Below, piece after piece: positions 1-13,768 of a stretch of DNA of 64,000 nucleotides. How positions within the stretch are numbered: position 1 is the first letter of the stretch; each line of letters starts with the position of its first letter. Made by a program: the position numbers and the translations under genes. Below the pieces are notes generated by a model. It saw only the letters and a program-made list of their open reading frames with translations, searched no databases and was not told the origin of the DNA. Origin of the DNA: Eledone cirrhosa (Eukaryota); contig OZ024756.1 of NCBI GenBank assembly GCA_964016885.1, positions 2,170,001-2,234,000 on the forward strand. Reading direction: 5' to 3'.

Positions 1-486
1 AAAGGGCAAAGGAGCTCTTAAGAGTCAATGGCCATCCAAAATCACCGGGAGAGATGACCCCTTTAGCCTTAGTCAAGGCAGAATTCTAGGAGAAGGAAAA
101 CTCTGATATAACACCTGCAACCCTGATGGTATCCAATGATGTTGACTTGTTCTTCTTTTTGGTAAATAGCATCTTGGTTAAGAGAGTGGGACTGGCTTTG
201 TGCAGTGCCTTTGCTCACTATAAAAGCTTCACGGCACAGGCATTGCTTTATATCTGGAGATCTCTCTGCACTTGTCCTCACATGGGCCCAGCACTATGTG
301 TCAATAATTGTCCTACCATGGGCCTAGCACTATGTGTCAATGATTGTCACAGGTGTAGTGTTTGTACCAGAGGTTTCAAGTCGCTGGCTGGACTAAAAAG
401 TCACACTCGTTCAGCGCTTCGGTAGGGGTTATCCTACATGGATGTAAAGTAGTGGCCGTACTCGAAAACGAGTTGGCAGCCACCAT
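1..486 (+). mobile_element. RTE-derived non-autonomous retroelement, copy 1 (cut by window start)
   Basis: Near-identical to 697-1151. Contains CTAGGAGAAGGAAAACTCTGA (RTE 5'UTR-like motif) and a 3' C2H2-like remnant [22 protein letters not shown]. Ends GGCAGCCACCAT then (TA)n. Confidence 0.65.
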
Positions 487-543
487 ATATATATGTATGT
501 ATATATATATGTATATATATATATGTATATATATATATTTATG

Positions 544-1151
544 TCAGGTCACCAGTTGGTGCTACTGGTAACATGTATCCCAGTACAACCTGTCTCATGG
601 TCGGGTCGTTGGCGACTAAACTGGCAACCCCACCAAGGTTTCTTGGTAAGGAGGGTGACTTTGGACATCCTGCAGGACTAAAAAGAAAACCTGTCAAAAG
701 GCAAAGGAGCTCTTAAGAGTCAATGGCCACCCAAAATCACCGGGAGAGATGACCCCTTAGCCTTTGTCAAGGCAGAATTCTAGGAGAAGGAAAACTCTGA
801 TATAACACCTGCAACCCTGATGGTATCCAATGATGTTGACTTGTTCTTCTTTTTGGTAAATATCATCTTGGTTAAGAGAGTGGGACTGGCTTTGTGCAGT
901 GCCTTTGCTCACTATAAAAGCTTCACGGCACAGGCATTGCTTTATATCTGGAGATCTCTCTGCACTTGTCATCACATGGTACCATGGGCCCAGCACTATG
1001 TGTCAATAATTGTCACAAGTGTAGTGTTTGTACCAGAGTTTTCAAGTCGCTGGCTGGACTAAAAAGTCACACTCGTTCAGCGCATTGGTAGGGGTTCTCC
1101 TACATGGATATAAAGTAGTGGCCGTACTCGAAAACGAGTTGGCAGCCACCA
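544..1151 (+). mobile_element. RTE-derived non-autonomous retroelement, copy 2 (~600 bp)
   Basis: Same motifs as copy 1, flanked by TA/TACA microsatellites. Related copies lie on the minus strand at 51.3-53.7 kb. Confidence 0.65.
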
Positions 1152-1216
1152 TATATATATATGTATATATATATACATATATATATATATGTATATATAT
1201 ATACATATATATATAC

Positions 1217-1252
<36 letters not shown>

Positions 1253-1261
1253 GTATATATA

Positions 1262-2980
1262 TGTTTAAACGACAAAACCCTAACAATCAAAGAGGCAGAT
1301 AAAGGGAGTGCAGTAGTCCTTATGGAGACAGCTTATTACACAACTCTAGTACTCTCAACTCTAGAAAACCAAACATATTATGAAAAGGCCAAACACTACA
1401 CACAACAGAAAATAATGAGAAACCTAAAATCCCTAACAACCCTTTACAAAGAAGGCCTTACAGACAAGGAATACAACTACATCACCAATTTCAAAAGCAG
1501 AACCTGTTTCTCCTACGTTATCCCCAAGACACACAAAAGCGAAGTAATAGGCAGGGCCTGCAAGCAAGCCACAGACGTTTACATCAATATAGCCCTTCCC
1601 GATGACCCATAATAGCAGGCACCACATGTGAAACCCATCGCCTAAGCAACTTCCTAGATATTCTGATTAAACCTTTCCTAAAACATATAAAAAGCTTCAT
1701 ATTGGACGACCTTGACATGCTCAACCACCTCCCAACAACACTCAATAACGAACATACCCTACTAGTAACCTTTGATGTCATCAATTTATATTCTAATATC
1801 CCACATAACCTAGGTATAGAGGCAATACAATTCTGGATGGAAAATTTCCCTAGTGAACTTCCACAGCGCATCCCTAAAGAATTTGTGTTGGAGGGACTCA
1901 AATTCATCTTGGAAAACAATTTCTTCGTATTCAATGCCAAATACTAGACAGAAATCTGGGACTGCCATGGGCACGAAAGTGGCCCCCCTCATACGCCAAC
2001 CATGTCATGGGATATTTGGAAACCATTCTCTACCGCAAAGTTCTAGACAAATACGGCAACCACTTCTACCAACACATAGAAAAGAACTGGAAGAGATATC
2101 TGGACCACAGACTCCAAACAATTCCTTCCATTCAACTCGTGCCACCCTAGACACACCAAAATGGAAATTCCTTACAACCTAGCCAGAAGGATCTGCACAA
2201 TAGTTTCAGATAAATACACATGCTACACACGACTAGAAGCATTAAAAAACACACTTATCAGCAGATACTACCCACCATCCCTAATCACCAATGGATTCCA
2301 ACGTGCCCTAAAACTAGACATCCAGGAACTCAGACACCTCAAACCCAGGAGTGAACCGCAACAAAAAACTCTACCATACATCTCCACACACAACCCCCTA
2401 AATAATGAGACATTCGACACCATCCTCCAGAACATTCCTTTACTAAAAAGAGACCCAAGAATGAACAATATCCTCCAAACACACAACATCATAAAGAGCA
2501 AAAGACAACCCAAATCCATAAAAAAACATCCTCACACAAGCCAAAATCCAACAAACCCTCATAATAAACCCTACAGTAACAAAATGCGGAAGGCCCAACT
2601 GTGGCATATGCATAAATCTAATAGAAGGTTCAACATTCCATTTTAAACAAGGACAACGTTTCACAGTTAAACACAACTTTACATGTGCATCTGAAAACCT
2701 TATCTATGTTTTGAATTGCTCAGGTTGTCAAGCGCATTACATAGGACAGACAAAAAACAGCCTCCGTCAACGTATGACCGTCCATAAATCATAAATTAAA
2801 ATACAGGAATACAGAAAGATTGCATTTAGTGAACATATCGCCAATTGTGCTCTCAACCAACTTCCAAACTTTAAAATTTTCCCCCTTTACACATTCATAG
2901 ACAACGCTACTTTCATCCAACGCACCAATAAGGAAACACATTTCATTAATAAATGTCAACCAGTACTCAATGCCCTAAAA
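1262..2980 (+). pseudogene. Penelope-like element RT + GIY-YIG endonuclease, disrupted
   Basis: RT motifs [38 protein letters not shown] and WKRYLD. My translation from 2582 gives KCGRPNCGIC...NLIYVLNCSGCQAHYIGQT...RQRMTVH (Zn-finger linker + GIY-YIG). Multiple stops and frameshifts. Confidence 0.93.
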
Positions 2981-3847
2981 ATACCTAATCCTACCTAATC
3001 CTTTTTCTTAAATAAATTAAATATCACCCAGCAAGAATTGCTTCCCCCTGCATATTAACTCTCTAAAAAGGGAAATCATATCAAACCACAGTCCACCATT
3101 TGCCTCCTTCACGGAACCATGGTTCAACTAAGCACTCTTGCGATATTTTCTTCCACATTGACTTTTTACGTTCCACATTATGCATGTTTTCTTTTCCTTT
3201 TTCTTTTCACTTCTTAAACCTTGTTTGTATATAACATTATTCTTTCTGCACCTTCTGTTTAACATGTGCGACACCACACGAATACATTTCACTATCATTT
3301 GATAATGAATATAAATGCAGAAACCGGTAATAGACAATAATTAAATATATAAATAGATAAATAAATGCCATTGTTAAATAATAAATAAATCAACTAATAC
3401 CTTAACACTTCACACAAAGTAAAACATTTCGTTTTAATCATTTTCTAACCCAGAAAGAGAGAGAGAGAGAGAGACAAAAAAAGGAAAAAATATATTTTTC
3501 TTCCTGATAATCGTCTCTTTCCCCCTGTTTTCATAAATATATATATACATATTTAGGTTTCGAAATTCAAATTCATCTACGGAGCGGGTTTGGATTTTGA
3601 AATTTAGATTTGTCCAGGAATCACGGCCTTTGCCAATATAAGCTTGTCTTTATTGACTTATATCGAGACAGACAAATTGTATTCACTTTAATTAGTTTAT
3701 TTCATTAATAGCTAACTTTGTCTGTTGCAATGCAAACACGTTTTGTGTTTATCATATATTTTAATGTATTTAACTGCTCGGAAATGCCCCTTTCCTGGAG
3801 CTGATTTATTGTAAACGACTGAGAGCTTAATCTCAAGTTATAATATA

Positions 3848-3886
<39 letters not shown>

Positions 3887-3888
<2 letters not shown>

Positions 3889-4057
3889 TAAACGGAATAG
3901 AAAATGCTGACAAATTGTTCACAGTGAAAAATAGTTTAATTAGGAATAAGTGAGAATTAGTAATTGTATTGTTAGTATTCAGTTTTGGTTTTAAGTTTTA
4001 CCGGTTGCGCATTTCTAATGCTTTTCAAAAATAATTTTGAGATAGAGCGTCCGTGAT
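3887..4057. repeat. Unclassified interspersed repeat
   Basis: Similar copies at ~32230-32410 (reverse) and ~35720-35905. Shared core GGTTGCGCATTTCTAATGCTTTTCAAAAATAATTTTGAGATAGAGCG. Adjacent to TA tracts. Confidence 0.75.
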
Positions 4058-4154
4058 ATATATATATGTATATATATATATATGTATATATGTCCCAAGG
4101 CTCTGATACCATCAACACTATAAACACAGAGCTGGCATATCTAAGAACTGACTA

Positions 4155-4210
4155 ACTGCCTGATGAGGTCATAGCCATTCAATGGCTATCATCGAAATAT
4201 ATATAGCAGT
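4155..4210 (+). ncRNA. Type I hammerhead ribozyme motif
   Basis: ACTGC-CTGATGA-[ATAGCCATT/AATGGCTAT stem II]-GAAA-tatata-TA-GCAGT, then AATAAA. Confidence 0.85.
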
Positions 4211-4251
4211 AAATAAAGGATTATGAGTTCATGCAATTGACTTATGTTTCG

Positions 4252-4344
<93 letters not shown>

Positions 4345-4800
4345 AGTAATGATTTCTGATTTAGGCACAAAACCAACAATTTTGAGGAAGAGGAAAGTCG
4401 ATTAAATCGACACCAGTACATTACTGGTACTATATTTTCTCGACCCCGTAAGGATGAATGGCAAAGTTAACATCGGCGGGATTTGAAGTCAGAAAATAAC
4501 GGGCCGTTACTCAATACCACAAAGCATGTTGTCCGACACACTACCGATTACTGCGAATCCCCTACCCTCTGTAGCTCCAATAATGGTCTTTGATTTAGAA
4601 ATAACTTAAAAAATTATTCTTTTTTATGGGGTAGGGGTGGATTACTGGTTTTTTTATTTTAGTGACTCGGTAAGAATAAAAGGCAAACCTAACCTTGGCG
4701 GGATTTGAAATTGGAACGTAAAGGGCCGTAACTCTGTGCTACAAAACATGTTGTTCGACACTATACCAATTACTGACAATACACAGCCCTCTGTAGCTCC
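4345..4800 (-). mobile_element. Two tandem tRNA-derived SINE copies (Meta/MESC-like central domain)
   Basis: Reverse complement of B-box TTCAAATCCCGCC followed by TTTGCC.TTCATCCTTACGGGGTCGA...AGTACCAG. Confidence 0.8.
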
Positions 4801-5065
4801 AATAACGAAAGTACTTCACATGGAAATTGGTTAAAAGGTCGACTAACCCCTAACTAGTTATTAGGTACTCTCTGTTAATAAATACCTCGACTTAAACGAC
4901 TTAAAATGTTCTTTATGAACCTCGTGTGTGAGTCTAATTTCTACATAAATAGATATCTATAGATAGACAGATACAACGACAGAGATAAACATTCTATTAA
5001 TATTCACATATTTTATATATTTATCTCAGGTCATTGTCTTAGAAAAGAAGACAGACGTATGATTT

Positions 5066-5122
5066 GATGAAGACGAAGAAGAGAAAGAAGAAGAAGAAGA
5101 AGAAGAAAGGGGGAGGAGGAGC

Positions 5123-5176
<54 letters not shown>

Positions 5177-5467
5177 CAGCGATGGAGATAATGATGAAGT
5201 AGAACAGTCAACGACCTAACGCAATATTTGCAGGTGCAGCAGCAGTGGTGATGGTGGTGGTGGTGGTGATGATGGTGGTGGTGGTGACGGTGGTGGTGGT
5301 AGAGTTAGCAGTTGGAGTAGTAGCAGTGGTAGTAGTGGTGGTGGTGGCGGCGGTGATGGTGGTGGTGGTGGAGTTAGCAGTTGGAGTAGTAGTAGTGGTA
5401 GTAGTGGTGGTGGTAGTAGTAATAGTAGTGGTAGTAGTAGTAGTAGTGGTAGTAGTAGTATCGGTAA

Positions 5468-5503
<36 letters not shown>

Positions 5504-5710
5504 CAGCAATAGTAGTAGTAGTAGTGGTAGTAGTAGTAGTAGTTGTAGTAGTAGTGGTAGTAGTAGTAGTAGTGGTAGTAGTAGTGGTAGTAGTAGTACT
5601 AGTAGTAATAATAGTGGTAGTAGTAGTGGTAGTAGTAGTAGTAGTGGTAGTAGTGGTAGTAGTAGTAGTAGTAGTGGTAGTAGTAATGGTATTAGGAGTG
5701 GTAGTGGGGT
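5066..5710. repeat. Trinucleotide microsatellites (GAA)n, (GAT)n, (GTA/GTG)n
   Basis: Seen directly. Confidence 0.95.
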
Positions 5711-5767
5711 GAGGAGGATAACGGTGAAGGTGTTAGAGTATAAAAATGGCTTCCATTGCACTGTTGC

Positions 5768-6265
5768 ACCTCTCTCTCTCTCTCTTCCTCTCTCTCCGTC
5801 TCCCTCTCTCCGTCTCTCTCTCCGTTTCTTTCACTCTCTCCTCCTCTCTCCCTCAATATGTCACTGTCTCTCTCTCACCTCTCTCTCCCTCTCTCTGTAT
5901 GTCAGACCTTCACTGTCACCCCCACCCCTCGCTCATACCTTTCTTCTCTTTCATTCCCTCTCTCTCCGACTCTCTCTCCCCTCTCCTCTCTCTCCCCGTC
6001 AATAGTCACTCTCTCTCTTTCTCTCTCTCTCTCTTACCTCTCTCCCTCTCTCTGTATGTCGAACCGTCATAGTCACTCTCTTTTTCACCTCCTCTTTCAA
6101 TATCTCTCTTTCTCCCTCTCTCCATCCCTCTCTATCCCCTCACTCTCACCCTTCCTCTCTCTTCCTCTCCCTCCGTCAATATGTCACTATCTTTCTCTCG
6201 CATCACCCCTCTCTCTCTCACCCTCTCTCACGACCTCACACACACTCTCTCTCTCTCTTCCTTTC
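5768..6265. repeat. TC-rich degenerate tandem repeat
   Basis: Seen directly. Recurrent CAATATGTCACT and CTCTGTATGTC motifs. Confidence 0.85.
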
Positions 6266-6499
6266 CCGACAATATTTAGCGAGAGAAGAAGGAGGAACAA
6301 GAAAGTATAAAGAGGTCTTCATATTACTGTATAATGCGCATGCGCCTCACTACAGCGATCTTGCCACATCTGTAAACAATCCATCGCAATGTCCCTCTCT
6401 CTCCCCTCACTCTCCCCTCTCCCGCACACTCTTATATCTACAGCCACCCACTGGTCTCCTCTGGACCCTTATTAGCCAACAGCTTCATGATAAGATAAT

Positions 6500-6558
<59 letters not shown>

Positions 6559-6954
6559 TATATATATATAGACACACACATATATATATATACATACATA
6601 TATCTACCATTATCACAACAGAGGTCCGTCGTGGTGATAGTGGTTGTGATGGTGGTGGTATCAATGGAGATGGTCATGGTTACAGTGGTGTTATTTGTTA
6701 TGATGGTGGTAGTTTTCGTCGCACTGACGGTTGGGTGGTGGTGGTGGTGGTGGTGGTACTGATACCATTCATATTGGTGATAGTATTAATATTGTTGGTG
6801 GAGGTGTCATCACTGGTTTTTACTGAAATGTTTAATGGTGGTTTATACCACCTAATGTTTCTCCTTCTGTTATATTTTGGCTGGTTGTTAGATATCAATG
6901 TCCACCATATTTGTTTCGTGTTTGATATTTGCTAACGTTCTAATACTGTTATGC

Positions 6955-7125
6955 GGCTTGTTATGCGCCATGCTTTGACGCTTAGAGTTACGGCCCTTGC
7001 CATTCTGAGTTCAAATCCCGCCAGGGTTAACTTTGCCTTTCATCCTCACGGGGTCGATAAAATAAAGTACCAGTAATGCACTGGAGTAATTGCTGGCCTT
7101 GTGCCAAAAGTACAAGCAATTATTA
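6955..7125 (+). mobile_element. tRNA-derived SINE (Meta/MESC-like)
   Basis: GAGTTCAAATCCCGCC...CTTTGCCTTTCATCC...GGGTCGATAAAATAAAGTACCAG...GGCCTTGTGCC, ATT tail. Confidence 0.85.
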
Positions 7126-7282
7126 TACAATTGAACAACCTAGAACTTTCTATATCATTCTGTAGAATGCAATAAAGTACATATATGTTTATAGAAATAA
7201 GACGTGGACATGACTGGTACAAACGATATAGCGATGTATACAACCATTACGTATTGCAATGATCTAAGTGAACTCTACACGG

Positions 7283-7530
7283 ATGTATGTATGTATATAT
7301 GTATATGTATGTGTATATGTATGTATATGCATGTATATGCATGTATGTATATGTATGTATGTATGTGTGTGTATATGTATGTACGTATATATGTATGTAT
7401 GTATATATGTATGTATTTATGTATATGTATGTATGTATGTATATTTATGTATGTATATATGCATGTGTGTGTGAGTATGTATGTATATGTATGTATGTAT
7501 GTGTATGTATGTATGCTGATAACAATATAT

Positions 7531-7613
<83 letters not shown>

Positions 7614-7905
7614 AACACTACACGTTTGTATGTATACATACATTCATATATACTGTATATACATACATATATATATATATATATATTCATACATGTATAC
7701 ACACAGCCACGCGCAAACACATATATCTGTTTGTATACATACATACATACATACATGGATATGTATATATGTACATTAATGCATGCATACACACATGCAA
7801 ACATAAATATACAAAACATATGTTATATATATATATACATTCACACACTTACATATATATGCATATATATATATAATTACACACACACATACATATATAT
7901 GCATC

Positions 7906-7936
<31 letters not shown>

Positions 7937-8039
7937 GTATATATACATATACACACACGCACATACATATATATGCATATATATATACACACACACACAT
8001 GCATATATATGCATATATATATACACATACATATATATG

Positions 8040-8080
<41 letters not shown>

Positions 8081-9476
8081 GCATATATATATACACACAC
8101 ACACACGCGCATACATATATATGCATATATATATATATACACACACACGCACATACATATATATGCATATATATATATATACACACACACGCACATACAT
8201 ATATATGCATATATATACACACACAGGCACATACATATATATGCATATATATATACACACACACACGCACATACATATATATGCATATATATATATACAC
8301 ACACACGCACATACATATATATGCATATATATATATACACACACACGCACATACATATATATGCATATATATATATACACACATACGCACATACATATAT
8401 ATGCATATATATATACACACACACACATATATATATGCATATATATATACACACACACATACATATATATGCATATATATACACACACACACAAACACAT
8501 ATATATGCATATATATATACACACACACACACGCACATACATATATATGCATATATATACGCACACGCATACATATATATGCACACATACATATATACAC
8601 CCATACATAGAGTTGCAGTGTTAGCGAGTGTGTGCGCGTTGGTGCGTGTGTGCAATCTTGTTACAATAATTAAGACATAATAGAAATACATAACATTTTA
8701 TTCCTAAAGAGAATTGGGTGCATTCTGTCAGTAAACATAGCACCACATTTCCTCTCACACACACATAGACACATGTATATACATACACACACACACATAT
8801 ATATATATATACATACACATACATATATATATATATACATACACACACATATATATATATATACATACACACACACATACACATACATATATATATATAT
8901 ACATACACATACATATATATATATATACATACACACACATATATATATATATATACATACACATACATATATATATATATACATACACACACATATATAT
9001 ATATATACATACACACACACATACACATACATATATATATATATATACATGGATACACACACACATATACATAGACACATGTATACATAGACATATATAC
9101 ACACACACATATATATATGTATACACAGACACATGTTTACATATACATATATACACTCACACACACATATACATAGACACATGTATGTATATATATATGT
9201 ACACACACACACACATATACATAGACACATGTATACATATACATATATACACTCACACACACATATATATAGACACATGTATACATATACATACACACAC
9301 ATACATATACATAGACACATGTATACATATACATACACACAGTCATATGTATACATATACATATATACAAACACACACACATGTATACATATACATATAT
9401 ACACACACACACACACACACATATATACATATACATATATACACACACACACACACATATATACATATACATATAT

Positions 9477-9527
<51 letters not shown>

Positions 9528-9808
9528 GATACACACACATACATATACAAACACGCATACATATATAAATAGATATACACATACACACATAAACACATGT
9601 ATACATATACACACACACATACATATATACATAGATGTACACACACACATACTCACATAGACACATATATACATACATACATAGATACACACACATACAT
9701 AGACACATATATACATACACACATACACTCATACATAAACACATATATACATATACACACACACAGACATATATACATATACACACACACAGACACATAT
9801 ATACATAT

Positions 9809-9853
<45 letters not shown>

Positions 9854-10059
9854 CATATATACACACACACATACATGGACACATATATACATATACATAC
9901 ACATACATATATACCTAGATACACAAACACACACACACCCAAACATGTATATGTATATATGAGTCTGTGTATATGTATACACACACTCACTTACACCCAA
10001 TCTCTCTCTCTGTCTCACACATACATACACAACATACACTTACACCCAATCTCTCTCTT

Positions 10060-10091
<32 letters not shown>

Positions 10092-10092
10092 C
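7283..10092. repeat. Compound (TA)/(CA)/(TATG) micro- and minisatellite block
   Basis: Seen directly. Includes GCACATACATATATATGCATAT and ATAGACACATGTATACAT units. Confidence 0.95.
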
Positions 10093-10342
10093 ATAGACAT
10101 ACACAATAGCAGCACCCTACCCCGTGTATACTGGAAGACGTACACGTGTGCATCTGTATCTATTAACATGCCGTGTGCTACCAAGCGTACTATTGAAATA
10201 TGCTATCACTCCATTTTACCACATATGGGATCCATCAGAACTATGGTGGGCAAAGCAGAAGACAACGAAATAATAATAATAATAATAATAATAGTAATAA
10301 TAATAATAATAATAATAATAGTAATACTACTAATAATAATAA

Positions 10343-10830
10343 ATACTTTCTGTATTAACCACAAGGGTTGACATAAAGTATAACATTAAGGACAGCACAG
10401 GACAATACAGGACAATACATGACGGTGCAAATGAGCTTTTCTTCGTATAAAAAACAAAACAAAAGCAGAGGATGTAACAAAAAAAGAAACAATGAAAAAT
10501 TCCCCAATAGGGGGGAGACTTCCGAGGGACATTCGTGGAGAAAGCCCATTAAAAAAGCCACGGTGACCCTGACCACCAGGGCAAGTGCCCTCTCCCAGTT
10601 TTCAACCTTTAATTTACAGGCGCATCCTCAGAGTAGGTCCATTCACTCGGGCCATTCTTGCCTCTTCACCCGTCTTTCAACAAAATGCTGGCAAGAGAGC
10701 ACTTCCCTCTCTATCCTGATTTTCCTTTTCAAATGAAATTTGAAAAAGTTAATCAGGGCATCACCGAAGAGGTAAGTCTTCAGCCCTTTCAAACGCGTCC
10801 ACCACACTATCTCTTTCGCCATGCCCACCA
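10343..10830 (-). mobile_element. L1/Tx1-clade LINE 3' fragment
   Basis: Encodes KEIVWWTRLKGL...LKRKIRIEREVLS..FVERR, homologous to the ORF2 C-terminus at 59864-60391. Flanked by (AAT)n. Confidence 0.85.
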
Positions 10831-10852
10831 GAATAATAATAATAATAATAAT

Positions 10853-11010
10853 GATTTCTTTATTGGCCACAAGGGCTGACATCAAGAAAAACATTGCACA
10901 CGGCACAGGGCGGTACGATGTGGGTTTTGTACGTGTAAAGATTTTTATTATTTATATAAGAAAAGGAAAAAAAACATAGAAACATATATATATATATAAA
11001 CAATAAAAAT
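10853..11010 (-). mobile_element. Second short Tx1-like 3'UTR fragment
   Basis: Ends CCCTTGTGGCCAATAAAGAAATC + (ATT)n, like the 10343 terminus. Confidence 0.6.
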
Positions 11011-11016
11011 GAAAAT

Positions 11017-11053
<37 letters not shown>

Positions 11054-11061
11054 TAATAATA

Positions 11062-11355
11062 ATAATGGTTTCTACTATAGGCACAAGGTCAGCAATTTGG
11101 GTGGAGGGGTAAGTCGATTAAATCAACTCCACTGTGTTACTGGTACTATATTTTATCTACCTCGTAAAGATGAAAGGCAAAGCAAACCTCGGCAGGATTT
11201 GAAATCAGAACGTAAAGGGCCATAACTCCATGCTGAAAAGCATGGTGTCTGACACTCTATCGATACTGCCAAAACAACAATAATTGCTTCTACTTTTGGC
11301 ACAAGGCCAGCAATTAACCCAGTGCATTACTGGTACTTTATTTTATCGACCCCGT
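11062..11355 (-). mobile_element. tRNA-derived SINE plus a partial copy
   Basis: Same family as 6955-7125. Confidence 0.8.
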
Positions 11356-11423
11356 TTTACAGATTTAAGCACAAGGCGCAATATCTAGGCACAATATTTG
11401 GAGAAAGGAAAAGTCGGCTTAAG

Positions 11424-11530
11424 CTCTGCCGCCGGGGTCAAACTTTTTCCTATTACCCACTCTACTACCCTAAGTATTGAGTACTCTGGTGCGTTATGGT
11501 CCATCTGGTTCCTTACCACACTTCCTTCGT

Positions 11531-11532
<2 letters not shown>
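11424..11532 (+). repeat. Terminus of a TA-inserted interspersed repeat
   Basis: CTCTGGTGCGTTATGGTCCATCTGGTTCCTTACCACACTTCCTTCGTT(TA)n. Also at ~21338-21455 (-), ~35555-35667 and ~43238-43298. Confidence 0.8.
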
Positions 11533-11561
<29 letters not shown>

Positions 11562-11593
11562 TGAATATACCAAACACTGTTAGTTATATCAAT

Positions 11594-11639
11594 TTAATTT
11601 ACATATGTTTCATCCTAATGGAACTCGTCGGAACATTAA
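11594..11639 (-). ncRNA. Degenerate type I hammerhead motif (CCGA core)
   Basis: Reverse strand: TT-CCGACGA-gttcc atta ggat-GAAA-catatg-TA-AA. Palindromic stem III, weak stem I. Confidence 0.45.
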
Positions 11640-11956
11640 GCAAGATATAAATACCTCAACAGATTCATCATAAAATACCGGAGAATATATAATATTTGTT
11701 GATTAGCTGTCGTGTATGGCCTTCTTTTGTTCCCCTTCTTATTTTAATTTAAAGATGCAGTGTCTTCCATAAATAGCCTCTTATAATGAAGTTGATATGC
11801 ACCAATATTGAGAGAACAAGACCTCCTCCCTGGCGAGCACTAACACATCTTCATCATAGGTTGCCACATCATTGATGACAAAATATACATGTATACAGAC
11901 ACACAAGACACACATACACATATGCGTTTGTATATTTATGTTTCTCTCTCTCTCAG

Positions 11957-12376
<420 letters not shown>

Positions 12377-12414
12377 ATAATAAATGAAGCCAAATTTTAC
12401 ATATTTGACTTAAT

Positions 12415-12465
<51 letters not shown>

Positions 12466-12477
12466 CATACACACATA

Positions 12478-12509
<32 letters not shown>

Positions 12510-13039
12510 GATAGATAGATAGACAGATACACACACACGCATATATATATATATATGTATAGATATATATATATAATATATATATATATATATGCGTGTA
12601 TATATTTATATACACACACATATATATACATATATGTATATGCGTCTGTATATATATATATATATGTTATATATGCTTACATGTAAGAATATATGTATGT
12701 ATGTGCACATATGTTTGCATTTATGTATATACACATACATTAATGTTAATATCATATTGCGAATCATTGAAACTAGCAATGTAGAATCTCGTTCAGACGT
12801 TGACTCAGATGACAGACAGATTCAACAAACTCCATTTCATTGTTAGCCATGCTTGACTGACAATAAGGCAGGCAGCACTGAGGAGTCGTTCAACCATGAA
12901 CTGATCTATATAACACGTACTTCGATGATGAAACATACTTTACCAATTTATATTTTTATATATGTAGTTACGGGGTCTGTTGAAAAGTATGCGACATTAG
13001 GTTTTGTTTTCCCTTCGTGGTTAATAATGGCGCTAGGGA

Positions 13040-13276
13040 GATAGTTGGATAACATCCACGGCTGGTCTCGCTTGGGGACCCAGCTGGATGAGTTGGAGAT
13101 GGAGGAGGAGGAGTAGGAGAAAGTAGAAAGACTAGATAAAGAAGAAGAAGAAGAAGAAGAAGAAGAAGAAGAAGAAGAAGAAGAAGAAGAAGAAGAAGAA
13201 GAAGAAAAGAGGAAGAAGAAAAAAAAAATAATAAGAAGAAGGAGAAGGAGAAGGAGAAGAAGAAGAAGAAGAAGAA
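13040..13276 (+). mobile_element. Probable RTE 3' remnant with (GAA)n tail
   Basis: TGGATAACAT...CTTGGGGA.CCAGC.GGAT.AGTTGGAGA resembles the reverse complement of 59165-59235. Confidence 0.5.
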
Positions 13277-13768
13277 GGGAGACAAAAGTGAGCACAGTGG
13301 AACTGCATACATTGCTGCGCATTTTCGTAGTTTTTAGCGAGCTCGTTGGATGCGACAGTCATTGTCAGGCCACCAACGTATAAGTGGCTATATAATATGT
13401 ACTACTTATTTATTCGTCAAATTTTCATTTCGCCCGATATTGCCAACTGACGTCGACATACTGGTACGACCTGTTACCCAAAGCTCAGTCATCCCAGTGG
13501 AAACATGTAACATCGCCACGGACCCATAATGTGGACGTCAGGTGTAGAGAAAAATCAAAGTAATGTTAACTGTTTGCTTCGAATACCAAAGTGATCTGAG
13601 AGCCTTTTCCGGAAGATGGATTCCATACGTACTTAGAATAGTAGAAAAATCGTTGAACTAACACTGGCTCTTCGAATTACAGGAAAACTCCATTTGACGG
13701 ATTTTCAAACAATTTCTATCTACACAGTTTCACTCACAAAACAATATTTAATTATTATTATTATGGAA

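Noticed and set aside
4091-4258. Assigning the 4155 HHR to the PLE at 1262
   Set aside because: Two TA tracts and another repeat (3887-4057) lie between them, so it is probably a separate insertion.
7204-10096. Long Y/I/H/T/C/V ORFs (also 38.6-41, 46.2-47.5 and 56.5-57.3 kb)
   Set aside because: Stop-free readings of dinucleotide repeats.
12870-12946. CTGAGGA...GAAA-catac-TT possible hammerhead
   Set aside because: Stem II is mostly G-U and stem I is unconvincing. At most a decayed copy, so not counted.
13280-13720. Unique CpG-containing segment as an exon or regulatory element
   Set aside because: No convincing ORF or splice pair, only short CRE-like words.
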